A stretch of DNA of 59,786 bases, counting the filler. It is 5 parts of 5 records of this genome, joined end to end, with 100 filler letters (N's around TTAATTAATTAA, not from the genome) between each part and the next. Parts side by side here need not be neighbours in the genome. Positions count along the whole stretch, not along the records: positions 1 to 25,459 come from SRR31156797_3792; 4 more parts are not named here. One strand, 5' to 3'. The position numbers were made by a program, and so were the translations under genes. The notes under the pieces are model-generated. The model was not told where the DNA came from. It saw only the letters and a list, made by a program, of their open reading frames with translations, and searched no databases. Positions 1 to 10,307 of this stretch are shown piece after piece. Positions within the stretch are counted from its first letter, which is position 1; each line of letters starts with the position of its first letter.

Positions 1-1
1 T

Positions 2-196
2 CCAAAAGGACGATTTGCCATTGGCATCCCGCGGGAGGAGGTCATCACAGCATCTAACCTTGAAGCCTCCGAAGGAACTTCAAGTGTTAAAAATAATCTG
101 GTGTATTTTATCAACAGGAAAAAGCCCCTTTTTGAAGGACTATATTATTCAAAAAAATTATTCACATTAATGTATGAATATTCCTGGTTAAATTGA
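2..196 (+). CDS. possible 3' end of a hypothetical protein (truncated by window start)
   Basis: Frame open from base 2 (PKGRFAIG...YEYSWLN) to TGA at 194-196, converging on the next gene; no motif recognised. Confidence 0.3.
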   Translation, partial: PKGRFAIGIPREEVITASNLEASEGTSSVKNNLVYFINRKKPLFEGLYYSKKLFTLMYEYSWLN

Positions 197-215
197 TCCT
201 GCATAAAATTCATAC

Positions 216-959
216 TTACAGTTGGTCCAAAAGCTTCCTTGCTTTCACATGGTTGTAAGATTTTTCATCTACGATTTGTTCCAGAATCAATTTTGCATCT
301 TCAACCTGGTCCCTGCCAAGCAAACTCAACGCCATATACCACCTGGCCTGTCCGGCGAAAGGATTGTATTCCTTCGCCAAAATGTCCCTGAAGATGATTT
401 CCGCTTTTTCATGCTCATGATTTCCGAGGTAACTGATCCCGGCATAAAGTCTGATCAAATCCTGGCGGCCTGTTTGTTGGCTCTGCAGCACTTCAAACAA
501 TGCCGCTGCATTATCATATTCCTGTTTATTGTAATAACTCAGGGCTTCACTCAGCATTTGTGAATGAACATCAGCACCACGTTGGCTCAGGATATCCGGG
601 TAAGGATTGAAGTTTTCTTCATACAATGCCTGGTAATCCGGCCCTTTGAGCAAATAATTGTAAAGCAACGGTGCACTCACAATCATCAATCCAACAAAGA
701 TTGCAGCCAGTTTTAAAAGTTCACGGCGGCCAAATTTTCGGGCGGGCTTTATCTCTTCCTGGTGGATTTCCTTAAGCCGGGCTTTTAGTTTTTGTTCTCC
801 ATACGATTCAACGCTTTTTACAGCCAGTCTGTAATCTTCAACCCGGGCAGCAAATTCAGGATCGGATTTGAGCCTTTCCTCAAAGTCCTTTCGTTTTTCG
901 GGGGTTAAAGCACCCTCAAGGAATTTTTCAATATGTTCGAAATTCTTATCGTCAATCAT
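216..959 (-). CDS. TPR-containing membrane-anchored protein, putative anti-sigma factor
   Basis: N-terminal IEKFLEGAL..FEERLKSDPEF anti-sigma-like segment, one TM helix, C-terminal TPR-like repeats (ARWYMALSLL); directly downstream of ECF sigma. Confidence 0.75.
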   Translation of the reverse strand: MIDDKNFEHIEKFLEGALTPEKRKDFEERLKSDPEFAARVEDYRLAVKSVESYGEQKLKARLKEIHQEEIKPARKFGRRELLKLAAIFVGLMIVSAPLLYNYLLKGPDYQALYEENFNPYPDILSQRGADVHSQMLSEALSYYNKQEYDNAAALFEVLQSQQTGRQDLIRLYAGISYLGNHEHEKAEIIFRDILAKEYNPFAGQARWYMALSLLGRDQVEDAKLILEQIVDEKSYNHVKARKLLDQL

Positions 960-987
960 TTTAAATAAAAATTAAACAGGTTACATA

Positions 988-1599
988 CTAATCGTTTTGT
1001 TCGGCCAGCATTTCGTAAAGCATTTTTTTTAATTCCGGGCGATCTGCCATGATTTTTATCAGTCGCTGCATGCATTTATGCTTCTGGGTTTTTGCAGAGT
1101 TTTCATTGTCAAAACCGGTTCTTTCGGCAACCTCGCTCATCGAGAGATTATCAAAGTAATAGCGTTTTAAAAGTTCACGGCACCGTTCACTAACTTCTCC
1201 CAAAAGTTTGTTTACCTGATTGGTTAAATCATCAGTTTTGTAATTGCTCTGTGATACATGCATCGTTCGTTCTGCCTGTTCCGGATCTTCCATTTTTACA
1301 TTTCTCTGGTTCTTTTTTAACCGTACCAACCATTGGTTCCGGATCATGGAATACAAATACGTTTTAATAGCTGAATCGCCCCTGAATTTTCCCGTTCTGA
1401 TATTGCGGTAAAAAGCCACCAGCACATCCTGAAACACATCCTCTGCATCACTGTCGTCACCGTTGTTGCTTCTGACAAACTGCAACGCCATTCCATAGTA
1501 AGCTTTGTACAGATACCTGAATGCTCTATCAGTTTCGTGATCTTCAGCGCGATTTAATATTTCAATAATTTCCCTGTCCGGATAAATTCGTTTCATCAT
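988..1599 (-). CDS. ECF-type RNA polymerase sigma-70 factor
   Basis: Region 2 DAEDVFQD..KTYLYSMIRNQW; region 4 LSMSEVAERTGF..AKTQKHKC. Confidence 0.92.
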   Translation of the reverse strand: MMKRIYPDREIIEILNRAEDHETDRAFRYLYKAYYGMALQFVRSNNGDDSDAEDVFQDVLVAFYRNIRTGKFRGDSAIKTYLYSMIRNQWLVRLKKNQRNVKMEDPEQAERTMHVSQSNYKTDDLTNQVNKLLGEVSERCRELLKRYYFDNLSMSEVAERTGFDNENSAKTQKHKCMQRLIKIMADRPELKKMLYEMLAEQND

Positions 1600-1739
1600 T
1601 TTGTATCACAAAACATAAAAATGTAACCTTTTTCAAATGTACATGATTTTTTATGCCCGAAGGGTTACTTTTTGTTTTCCGGCCATACTAAACGATAAAT
1701 TTTCATAGAAAACTTAAAACACATTTAAAATTTGCAGAC

Positions 1740-2630
1740 ATGAAAAAATTAATGACATTTCTCTTCTCAATGCTTTTTTTTGCCAGTGCACAATCACAAA
1801 CAGCAGTTCCAAACGGAGATTTTGAATCATGGACAGATGAATATCATATTCTGGACTGGGACGGTTTGAATTATGACGGCGGTATTTTGAATTTCCACAC
1901 CTTTTCACGCACCGATGATGCATATTCCGGAGACTATGCTGCTCAGGTAGAAACCATTAACCACGCTATGATCGGAAATCTTCCGGGGATTGCTTTCACA
2001 GGAAACATTGCTTTTGATCCTGTAACTTTTGAATACAGTTTTGATGTGGGTGTACCCGTTGAAGGACGCCCATCGAGTCTGAAAGGATATTACAAATATA
2101 ATCCGTCCGGCGGCGATACCATGGCCATTGTGATTGGCATGTTCCGATGGAATGAGGCTCAGAATGACCTGGATTCCATTGGTGGAGGCGTATTCTATAC
2201 CGGAAATACCGTGAGCCAATACACCGAATTTGAAGCCCCGATCCAGTACTTCGACCCCACATTGGAAGCGGATACCATGTACATTATGCTGTTTTCATCA
2301 CTGGATTCATACCATCCAGGAAGCGTTTTGAAAGTGGATGACCTCACCCTGAATTATGGAGCCGTTGGTGGTGTGGATATGATTGATGAAAGTGAAATTT
2401 CTGTTTATCCGAACCCGATTACAGATATCCTGAACGTTCAGATGGATAATCAAAATCATGATACAGAGTTGCTGATCACAGATATTACCGGGAGTGTGAT
2501 TTACAATCAGGGTTTTCATGGACAGCTTCAGTTAAACCTCCCACAATACATTACCCGGGGCATTTATTTTGCCATCATCAGGCAGGAAGGTATCACAGTT
2601 AAAACCACAAAGATTTTTGTTGACAGATAA
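1740..2630 (+). CDS. secreted PCMD-like carbohydrate-binding protein with T9SS type A sorting domain
   Basis: Signal peptide; PNGDFESW, GYYKYNP, GSVLKVDDL motifs; C-terminal VYPNP...GIYF...KIFV. Confidence 0.8.
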   Translation: MKKLMTFLFSMLFFASAQSQTAVPNGDFESWTDEYHILDWDGLNYDGGILNFHTFSRTDDAYSGDYAAQVETINHAMIGNLPGIAFTGNIAFDPVTFEYSFDVGVPVEGRPSSLKGYYKYNPSGGDTMAIVIGMFRWNEAQNDLDSIGGGVFYTGNTVSQYTEFEAPIQYFDPTLEADTMYIMLFSSLDSYHPGSVLKVDDLTLNYGAVGGVDMIDESEISVYPNPITDILNVQMDNQNHDTELLITDITGSVIYNQGFHGQLQLNLPQYITRGIYFAIIRQEGITVKTTKIFVDR

Positions 2631-2672
2631 CCAATGGAGGATTACAGGCCGGAACTGAAAATTCCGGGCATT

Positions 2673-2706
2673 AAAAAAGGGCTGCCGTTTGGCGCCCTTT
2701 TTTTTT
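2673..2706. terminator. bidirectional intrinsic terminator
   Basis: AAAAAAGGGC-TGCCGTTTGGC-GCCCTTTTTTTTT between convergent genes. Confidence 0.8.
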
Positions 2707-2817
2707 AAACTGTCAGACAAATATTACGCTTTGAATAGCGCCCCGTATTATAGTTGGTTTTATACGTTATGATACAGCCAACTCATGAGACCTATCTGGC
2801 AGTTTTAATTCAATTTA

Positions 2818-4170
2818 TTATTCCTCTGTAAACAATTTATCCTTTTCAACCTTCTCCACAGCCTCGCCATTTGACAGTGAGCGCGAAACTGCCCTGTATG
2901 GCCCTGTAATAATCTCATCTCCATCTTCAACTCCATTGATCAGCTGAATATGCGTATTATCCTGGACACCTGATTTTACGGCAACCATATTGGCTTTTCC
3001 ATCTTTGTAGAGGAAAACATATTCTTTAATTTCCTGTACTTTTTCTTCTTCCTCACCTTCTTCACTGTTGCGATCCATACTTATCCGCCTGCCAACTGTT
3101 TTTCCGGTGCTGTCGCTCCGGGTGGTTACCGCCTGGATTGGCACGGTTACCACGTTGTATTCGGTTTTGGTCTGGATATCTACGGTGGTCGACATGCCCG
3201 GCCTGAATGGTGAATATGATGGAGTATTTTCGGGGATGAGATCTTCATAAGAAGTTTTTAGTAGCCTGATCTTCACCTCAAAATTTGTTACCTGGTCGGT
3301 GCTAACACCTGTTACATCAGCTGAGGTGGCAATTTCCGTTACAATGCCTTTAAATTTCCTGTTCAGATAAGCATCCACTTCAATGAGTGCTGTGTCGTAT
3401 AGTTGCACACGAACGATATCATTTTCGTTTACCTGTACCACGGCTTCCATGGCATTCAGGTTGGCGATACGCATCAACTCTGTACCTGCCGAGAATTGTG
3501 ATGCTCCTGCCACACGTTCACCTTTTTCAACAATCAGCCTGGAAACGGTACCATCAGTTGGAGCATAGATGGCGGTTTTGGTCAGGTTTTCGCGGGCTTC
3601 GCGTAATGAAGCTTCAGCGCTGGCAACCTGGAATTCGGCAGCCTTTACGGTTTCCTCAGCTGCCTGTACTTCAGCTTTGGCCACTTCAAATTGCGACATC
3701 GAGGCATCATAGTCAGCTTCAGAAATTACATCCTGGTCGAACAGTTTTTTGTTTCGCTCAAAAGTTAATTTAGCATTGGTAAACTGTGCCTTTACCTGTG
3801 CCAGCCGCGCCCTTGAGTTGGCCAGATTTGCCTTTTGTGATTGCAGGCTGGCCTCGGTACGTTCGTAGTTCGACTGGTAAATTTCCGGGTCTATTTTTGC
3901 CAACAGGTCACCCTCTTTCACCTCGTCGCCTTCTTTCACATTCAGTTCCACAACTTCTCCTGAGATATACGGTGTAATGTTCACCTCCTTTGCCGGCTGG
4001 ATACGGCCATTGGCCGAAACGGTTTCGATGATTGTGCGGAGCTCAGCCAGTTCAGTGCTGACCTTTGTTGTTTTTTGAGACCCGATTGCACCTTTGTTTT
4101 TCATGACGGCAAGCGCGATCAAAACGGCCAGCACAGCCAGAACAATTATGATGATGGTTTTTTTCTTCAT
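2818..4170 (-). CDS. efflux RND/MacA-type periplasmic adaptor (membrane fusion protein)
   Basis: N-terminal TM, lipoyl-like ISGEVVELNVKEGDEVKEGDLL, coiled hairpin, IYAPTDGTV, RPGMS. Confidence 0.92.
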   Translation of the reverse strand: MKKKTIIIIVLAVLAVLIALAVMKNKGAIGSQKTTKVSTELAELRTIIETVSANGRIQPAKEVNITPYISGEVVELNVKEGDEVKEGDLLAKIDPEIYQSNYERTEASLQSQKANLANSRARLAQVKAQFTNAKLTFERNKKLFDQDVISEADYDASMSQFEVAKAEVQAAEETVKAAEFQVASAEASLREARENLTKTAIYAPTDGTVSRLIVEKGERVAGASQFSAGTELMRIANLNAMEAVVQVNENDIVRVQLYDTALIEVDAYLNRKFKGIVTEIATSADVTGVSTDQVTNFEVKIRLLKTSYEDLIPENTPSYSPFRPGMSTTVDIQTKTEYNVVTVPIQAVTTRSDSTGKTVGRRISMDRNSEEGEEEEKVQEIKEYVFLYKDGKANMVAVKSGVQDNTHIQLINGVEDGDEIITGPYRAVSRSLSNGEAVEKVEKDKLFTEE

Positions 4171-4340
4171 TTCAGCAATTGTAAAATTATAGAACCTGAT
4201 TAACTCGGATTCAAAAGTAGTAAGTTTTTAATATCAATGGTTTGATTGAAGTGAAATTCATATCTTTTGTATTACTTCTTTATACAAATTCAGCCGGCAG
4301 ATTTTTCTACCGGCTGAGAGTTATGAAGTTTGATCAAGCT

Positions 4341-5771
4341 TTAAAAATCCAGTGTGAGTGGTTTCCCCTGGTAAAAATCAAGGATCTTGGTTTTGAAAAT
4401 ATAATCGTACCTGGCCCTGATCAGCTCTGATTCAGCAGAAGTTACCTGGCTTTTGGCCAGATTGTAATCCACTGAGTTGGCCATCCCCACATTGAACTTT
4501 TGTTCGGTGTACCTGAATGATTCTTCAAAAGACTCAAGTGATTGGTTGGTTGCGAGATAACTCTTGTAGGCTGCCTGAGCATCAGTATATGCCTGTTCAA
4601 TTTCTTTGCGGAGTGTGTTTTTCGTCAACTCATATGAGTATTCGGCATAATCGGCGTTAATTTTAGCCCTGTTTATACTTGATGAAACCTGATAACCATT
4701 AAAAATCGGGATGCTCAGGTTGAGGCCCAGGTACCTGTTTTGGTTGTTTTTAAACTGATCACCGAATGGCATGATTTCACCAAAGTCGGGTGATGTCGGA
4801 TCATAGCTCAGCCACTGGTTGTTCGAGTAATTTGTTCCCCATCCGCCAAAAAGCACCAGGCTCGGGCTGCGCATTCCTTTTGCGAGTGCTACACTTTTAT
4901 AGGAACTTTCAACGCCCAGTTCTGCACTTTTTATTACCGGCTGTGTTACCAGTGCATTTTGAAATACCATATTTACACCTTCCATATCTGGAGTGATACC
5001 CTCTGGGATATCCGGTACTATGATATCAAAATCGGTGTCGCCCGGTAAATCAAGGTATTGGAGCAAATCCAGGATGGCCAGGTTAAGTGAGTTTTCATAG
5101 GTTACCACATTAAGTTCCTCCCGGGCTCCCTGTGCCTGTATTTCCAGCAGGCTTCCCTTGGCCAGCGTACCGGCATCCACCATTTTTTGTGTCCTGTCGA
5201 TTTGCTGATCGGTGATTTCAACCTGCTCTTCGGCAACACGCAATAGCTCCTTGTTAAATAAAATCGAAAGGTAAGCCTGTGTGAGTAAAAGCGAAATATC
5301 ATCTTTCATTTTATCGGCATCATGCTGGCTGGCCAGGAAATCAATCTTACCTTTCTGGATGGAATTGTAATTCTGCAAACCATTGAAAATGGTCAGGCTG
5401 GCATCCACGCCCAGATTGCCCTGCTGGGTTTCCTTATCAACATATGCATTGATCGACTGGTCGAGGATACGTCCCCAGCTGTAAGAATACCTGGTGCTGG
5501 CATTGAGCGAAGGAAGCAGGTTTAGCTTGTTTTCCAGGAGGTTCACTTCATAAGTTTCGGTATTTAACTCACTTTGCTTGATCTGGATGTTGTTTTCGAT
5601 GGCGTAATTGATGCAATCCTCCAGGCTCCAAACTGTTGGTAATTCCTGTGCTTTTGCCAGGTTGAATGCGCTGCTGATCAGCAAGGTAAAAATCAAGGTA
5701 ATTGTACTGATCGCCGGTTTATTTTTCTTCATATCGATTTGTTGTTTTGACATATTCTTTCTTATGTTCAT
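4341..5771 (-). CDS. TolC family outer membrane efflux protein
   Basis: WSLEDCINYAIENN, LSIPIFNG, YTEQKFNVG; upstream of MFP; true start may be a later ATG. Confidence 0.92.
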   Translation of the reverse strand: MNIRKNMSKQQIDMKKNKPAISTITLIFTLLISSAFNLAKAQELPTVWSLEDCINYAIENNIQIKQSELNTETYEVNLLENKLNLLPSLNASTRYSYSWGRILDQSINAYVDKETQQGNLGVDASLTIFNGLQNYNSIQKGKIDFLASQHDADKMKDDISLLLTQAYLSILFNKELLRVAEEQVEITDQQIDRTQKMVDAGTLAKGSLLEIQAQGAREELNVVTYENSLNLAILDLLQYLDLPGDTDFDIIVPDIPEGITPDMEGVNMVFQNALVTQPVIKSAELGVESSYKSVALAKGMRSPSLVLFGGWGTNYSNNQWLSYDPTSPDFGEIMPFGDQFKNNQNRYLGLNLSIPIFNGYQVSSSINRAKINADYAEYSYELTKNTLRKEIEQAYTDAQAAYKSYLATNQSLESFEESFRYTEQKFNVGMANSVDYNLAKSQVTSAESELIRARYDYIFKTKILDFYQGKPLTLDF

Positions 5772-5809
5772 GCAAAAATAGTTTTATCTCGCGTTGTAGG
5801 CGCTGATTT

Positions 5810-5925
5810 ATCTAAAAACATGCCATCTTTATAACGTTCACTAAATCAAAGCCCCCAAAAGGTTTGCCAGGTTGTGTATTTTTTTTTGTGTTCAGATAAA
5901 TACAGGCTTTGTTCGATATTGGACA
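5810..5925 (-). promoter_or_regulatory. putative sigma54-type promoter with two upstream 16-bp imperfect palindromes
   Basis: Minus-strand TGGCATGTTTTTAGAT; TGTTCAGATAAATACA (5889-5904) and TGTTCGATATTGGACA (5910-5925). Confidence 0.45.
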
Positions 5926-6071
5926 AGGGGACTTTATTTTTTGACAAAATTGGCTAAAGCTTATTTTAAATGTCCGAGCTTCAAATAATGAATCTTTTAT
6001 TCAATTTTTAATTACCGTAGTTTGCAAATTCAATAGTAAGCCTCGTTTCCACTTTGAGGAGCTTTGAGCTT

Positions 6072-6149
6072 CTCTGTGGCTCTTTGTGTAACAGTTATAT
6101 CACACACATAGTGATGCCTATGGCAAAAGTTACCCAAAGAATCACAGAG
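6072..6149. repeat. 21-bp inverted repeat (REP/MITE-like hairpin)
   Basis: CTCTGTGGCTCTTTGTGTAAC (6072-6092) vs GTTACCCAAAGAATCACAGAG (6129-6149), 18/21 complementary. Confidence 0.6.
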
Positions 6150-6282
6150 TCACACAAAGAAATGACAACATCAGGTATCATTAGAAAATCTTTAGCACTT
6201 CAAAATCGTAGTTAGCCACAAAAATGAAGTTCTGAACATTCCATTTGAAAACAGTAATTTTACGCCTTTAAAAACTCGAATT

Positions 6283-8664
6283 ATGAAATACTTAAACTTC
6301 ATCCTCACAGCAACTTTCCTGTTTCTTTTTATTTCAGGTTTCGCCCAGCACGACCATTCAAAATGCGGCCACAAAATGGGTTTCGACCGCTCACTGATCA
6401 GCGATACGCTGGATGCGCTGAGTTACGAAATCCATCTCACCGATGTAAATACAGACGACCAAACCATTGAGGCACATACCAAAGTAATGCTGGCTTCAAA
6501 AGTTGATAACCTCAACCAGGTAACCCTCGAACTCCTTGATCTGACTGTTAATCAGGTTTTGGTAAACGGTTCAAACAATGATTTCACACAGGAAAACCCG
6601 TTTTTGTATGTCCCGTTTTCCAACCCTATAAATACCGGCGATGAAGTGGAAGTTGAGGTTTACTACCAGGGGTCCCCTTTCCACGAAGGCTGGGGGGGCT
6701 TCCACTGGAACGGCGATTATGCCTTTAATCTGGGTGTAGGGTTTGAGTCTGATCCGCACAACCTCGGCAAGGCCTGGTTTCCCTGCATCGACGATTTTCA
6801 CGACAGGGCGCTTTATGAAATTTTTACTACGGTTGATAACCCTAAAAAAGCGGTTTGCGGCGGAACTTTGATGAACGTGATCGACAATGGTAACGGTACT
6901 TCCACATACCACTGGAAACTCAATATTGAAATCCCTACCTACCTGGCCTCCGTTGCGGTTGGTGAATACGAGGAGGTTTCATGGTCGTTCAATTCCATGA
7001 GTGGCGATGAAATCCCCATCAATATTTTTGTGAGGCCTGCGGATACTGCCAAAGTCGAAGGTTCTTTTGCAACCCTGGTGGAGGTGCTGGAGGCTTTCGA
7101 GAGCAGTTTCGGGCCTTATGCCTGGGAACGTGTGGGCTATGTGGGTACGGCCATCGGGGCTATGGAACATGCCACCAATATTGCATACCCCAATTTTAGC
7201 ATCAACGGAAATCTGGCCAATGAATCCTTAATGGCCCATGAGTTATCGCACATGTATTTTGGCGATCTTGTTACCTGTGCCTCTGCCGAAGATATGTGGC
7301 TCAACGAGGGTTGGGCTGTTTTTTGTGAAGCCCGCTATCGCGAGGTTTTGTATGGGTATGGTGCCTATTATTCCAACATGTACAACCGCCACCGCGATGT
7401 GTTGCGCATTGGCCACGTAGCCGATGGCGGCTATTTTGCGGTCTCAGGTATCCCAACAGAAATTACCTATGGAAATACCGTCTATCAAAAAGGTGCTTTG
7501 ATGGTTCATACGCTGAGGAATTACATGGGCGACGACCTGTTTTTTCCGGCTGTGAAAGCCTATGTACAGGAGTTCTACAACGATTACGCCTCTTCGTGGG
7601 ATTTGCGGGATTTCCTCTCCGACCATTCCGGGATGGACCTCACAGGTTTTTTTGATGCCTGGATTTTTACGCCCGGATTCCCGGAATATTCTGTGGATTC
7701 GTTCAATGTGGTTCCCAACGGAAACAATTTTGATGTAACCGTTTTTGCCAAACAAAAGCACAAAGGCCCGGGTGAACTTGGTGACGATATCAGGGTTGAA
7801 GTGACACTGATGGATGAGGCCTGGAATCAGGAAACATATTTGATGGAGTTTTCCGGCGAAACCGGCCAACAAACTTTTACTTCATCCATCAATCCCGAAA
7901 TGGTGATGATGGATTTGAACGACAAAGTTGCTGATGCTACCACCGACCGTATGATAACGCCTTCTGGACCTTTCAATAACAGTTTTTCAACAGAGCTGTA
8001 TTGTTCGCTTGGCGCAGAAGAGTTTCCTGCTGATGACTCAGCATTTATCAGAATTACACACCGCTGGGTGGCTCCGGATCCCATAAAAAATCCAATTCCC
8101 GGAATTACCATTTCTGATTATCACCACTGGCGTTTCGATGGTATTTTACCACAAGGCCTGGTGTTGAACGGCAAATTGAATTATAGCGCCAATGGCAATC
8201 TGGATGATGGCATCCTCACGGATCCCAACGACTCCATCGGGATATTGTACCGTCCCAATCGGCTGGCCGACTGGCAGCCCATTGAAGCCTCCAGGATCGG
8301 ATCGTTTTATGTGGGATTTTTCACACTTCCTGAAATGCCGCTGGGCGAATATACCCTGGCAGTTTGGGACGATGTTTACGTAGGCATTGAGGAAGAGCAA
8401 ACCCCGATGATTTCTGAAGGTAAAGAAGTGAAAATGTTTCCGAATCCCGCAGGAGATGAGATTTCGATCATACTTGGCCAGCGAAATGCTACAAACATTC
8501 AGGTTTTTGACAGTAGCGGAAATCTGGTTGATGAAATGCATAATGAGCAAAAGCTGAAAGGCCTGCGATACGATTCGTCGAAGTTGGGTAACGGAACATA
8601 TATTTTCAAATTCATGGATCAGAATGGCCTTGAAATTGAAAGCCACAAAATTGTAATTAATTGA
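6283..8664 (+). CDS. M1 family aminopeptidase with T9SS sorting domain
   Basis: GAMEH motif, HELSH...WLNEG zinc site, AWFPCID; signal peptide; C-terminal FPNPA...GTYIF...KIVIN. Confidence 0.92.
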   Translation: MKYLNFILTATFLFLFISGFAQHDHSKCGHKMGFDRSLISDTLDALSYEIHLTDVNTDDQTIEAHTKVMLASKVDNLNQVTLELLDLTVNQVLVNGSNNDFTQENPFLYVPFSNPINTGDEVEVEVYYQGSPFHEGWGGFHWNGDYAFNLGVGFESDPHNLGKAWFPCIDDFHDRALYEIFTTVDNPKKAVCGGTLMNVIDNGNGTSTYHWKLNIEIPTYLASVAVGEYEEVSWSFNSMSGDEIPINIFVRPADTAKVEGSFATLVEVLEAFESSFGPYAWERVGYVGTAIGAMEHATNIAYPNFSINGNLANESLMAHELSHMYFGDLVTCASAEDMWLNEGWAVFCEARYREVLYGYGAYYSNMYNRHRDVLRIGHVADGGYFAVSGIPTEITYGNTVYQKGALMVHTLRNYMGDDLFFPAVKAYVQEFYNDYASSWDLRDFLSDHSGMDLTGFFDAWIFTPGFPEYSVDSFNVVPNGNNFDVTVFAKQKHKGPGELGDDIRVEVTLMDEAWNQETYLMEFSGETGQQTFTSSINPEMVMMDLNDKVADATTDRMITPSGPFNNSFSTELYCSLGAEEFPADDSAFIRITHRWVAPDPIKNPIPGITISDYHHWRFDGILPQGLVLNGKLNYSANGNLDDGILTDPNDSIGILYRPNRLADWQPIEASRIGSFYVGFFTLPEMPLGEYTLAVWDDVYVGIEEEQTPMISEGKEVKMFPNPAGDEISIILGQRNATNIQVFDSSGNLVDEMHNEQKLKGLRYDSSKLGNGTYIFKFMDQNGLEIESHKIVIN

Positions 8665-8671
8665 AGGTCAG

Positions 8672-9430
8672 ATGAAAAATGACACTAATGGGCATTATTC
8701 CGGGTTTTGGGTGGATTGGTACGATGATCTGCTAGCCAGTGAAACCGGCGACATTAATTTGTACACTTCCCTGATAAAACCGGAAGATGGCCCGGTTTTA
8801 GAATTGGCCTCGGGCACCGGCCGCGTCATGATCGCGCTGCTGAAAAATGGCATTCACTGCGACGGGCTGGATCTTTCCATGGAAATGCTTGAAATCTGCA
8901 AAAAGAAACTTGCCGCAGCACAATTGTTTGCAAATCTTATTAAGGCAAATATGCAGGACTTTGAACCGGACATAAAGTATAAAACCATCTTTGCGTCCGG
9001 CGGTTCGTTTCAACTTATTCCAACATTCGGCCAGGCACTTCAATCCCTGAAAAACATCCATAAAAATCTGGAAACTGATGGTAAGTTTATTTGTGACCTT
9101 TGGATTCCCTGGGATGAGATCATCGCCAACGAGCAAAACACCTGGAAGGTGGGGCGCATAGCCAACCGCGAAGATGGTTACAAACTGGTGGTTTCGTATT
9201 TCAAACAATTTAACCTCAGGGAACAGTCACAGTCGGGCGAATTTAAATATGATCTTTTTCAGGATGGCCAACTCATAAAGACACAACTCATTCCCATGAA
9301 ATTAAAATGGTATGGCCCTGATGAATTCAGGATGATGCTTCAACATGCCGGATTTTCCGAAATTTGTACCGAGGAAAAGCCGGTGATGTCAAGCCATGGA
9401 ATATCAACGGTATACACTGCTATGAAATAA
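8672..9430 (+). CDS. class I SAM-dependent methyltransferase
   Basis: VLELASGTGR motif I, GLDLSMEML. Confidence 0.9.
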   Translation: MKNDTNGHYSGFWVDWYDDLLASETGDINLYTSLIKPEDGPVLELASGTGRVMIALLKNGIHCDGLDLSMEMLEICKKKLAAAQLFANLIKANMQDFEPDIKYKTIFASGGSFQLIPTFGQALQSLKNIHKNLETDGKFICDLWIPWDEIIANEQNTWKVGRIANREDGYKLVVSYFKQFNLREQSQSGEFKYDLFQDGQLIKTQLIPMKLKWYGPDEFRMMLQHAGFSEICTEEKPVMSSHGISTVYTAMK

Positions 9431-9436
9431 TTTAAT

Positions 9437-10114
9437 ATGCATCCATTCATTCAAAAAATACGATTGGCATACCAGGAAAAGGCCAACCCGGAGATTGCTG
9501 CCCAGCAAAAAGCGTATATGCGAAACCAGTATGAATTTTTCGGGCTGAAGGCACCTGTGCAAAAAGAACTCATGCGTGAGTTTATAAAAACACACGGCAT
9601 GCCGGCAATCGAAGAAATCAGGACGATCATCCGGGAACTTTGGCAGCAGCCTGAGCGGGAAATGCAAAATTTTGGGATGTTGCTCCTGGAAAAGTATATC
9701 AGGAATGCTGACGCCGGTATGATCAGTCTGCTCGAATTTATGATCACAACTAAATCCTGGTGGGATACGGTGGATATGATTGCGGCAAGGTTGGTAGGCG
9801 TCCATTTTAAAAGGTTTCCCAAACAAATTCCGGTTTACACAGAAAAGTGGATGCAATCGGGGGATTTCTGGCTACAGCGCACGGCATTGCTGTTTCAACT
9901 GAAATATAAAAAAGAGACCGACACGGTTTTGCTATTCAACCTTATTGAGCGGCTGGCTCACGAAGATGAGTTCTTTATCCGGAAAGCCATTGGCTGGGTG
10001 TTGCGTGAATATTCCAAAACCGATCCTGAGGCGGTAATTAATTTTGTTAATTTACATGAATTAAAGCCACTGAGCAGAAAGGAAGCTTTGAAGGTTATCG
10101 AACGCAAAAAGTGA
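9437..10114 (+). CDS. DNA alkylation repair protein (AlkD-like)
   Basis: AYMRNQYEFFG, SWWDTVD, EFFIRKAIGWVLREYSK. Confidence 0.9.
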   Translation: MHPFIQKIRLAYQEKANPEIAAQQKAYMRNQYEFFGLKAPVQKELMREFIKTHGMPAIEEIRTIIRELWQQPEREMQNFGMLLLEKYIRNADAGMISLLEFMITTKSWWDTVDMIAARLVGVHFKRFPKQIPVYTEKWMQSGDFWLQRTALLFQLKYKKETDTVLLFNLIERLAHEDEFFIRKAIGWVLREYSKTDPEAVINFVNLHELKPLSRKEALKVIERKK

Positions 10115-10135
10115 AAGGATTAAAGTTTGGTTTCT

Positions 10136-10285
10136 GAAAGTCCTTCGAAAAAGTGTGGCATTCCACAAAAAGTCCTTTGGAAAAATGTGATATTACACAG
10201 AAAGTCCTTTGTAAAAGTGTAATATTTTACAAAAAGACCTTTGAAAAAATGTAACATTCTACAAAAAGACCTTTGAAAAAATGTA
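10136..10285 (+). repeat. tandem array of ~4.7 imperfect 32-bp units
   Basis: Units start at 10136, 10168, 10200, 10232, 10264; consensus approx RAAAGWCCTTTGAAAAARTGTRAYATTHYACA. Confidence 0.92.
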
Positions 10286-10307
10286 TTTTTGTGAAAATTT
10301 CTAAGTA

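Noticed and set aside
10136-10285. CRISPR array
   Set aside because: Units are head-to-tail with no unique spacers, and there are no cas genes
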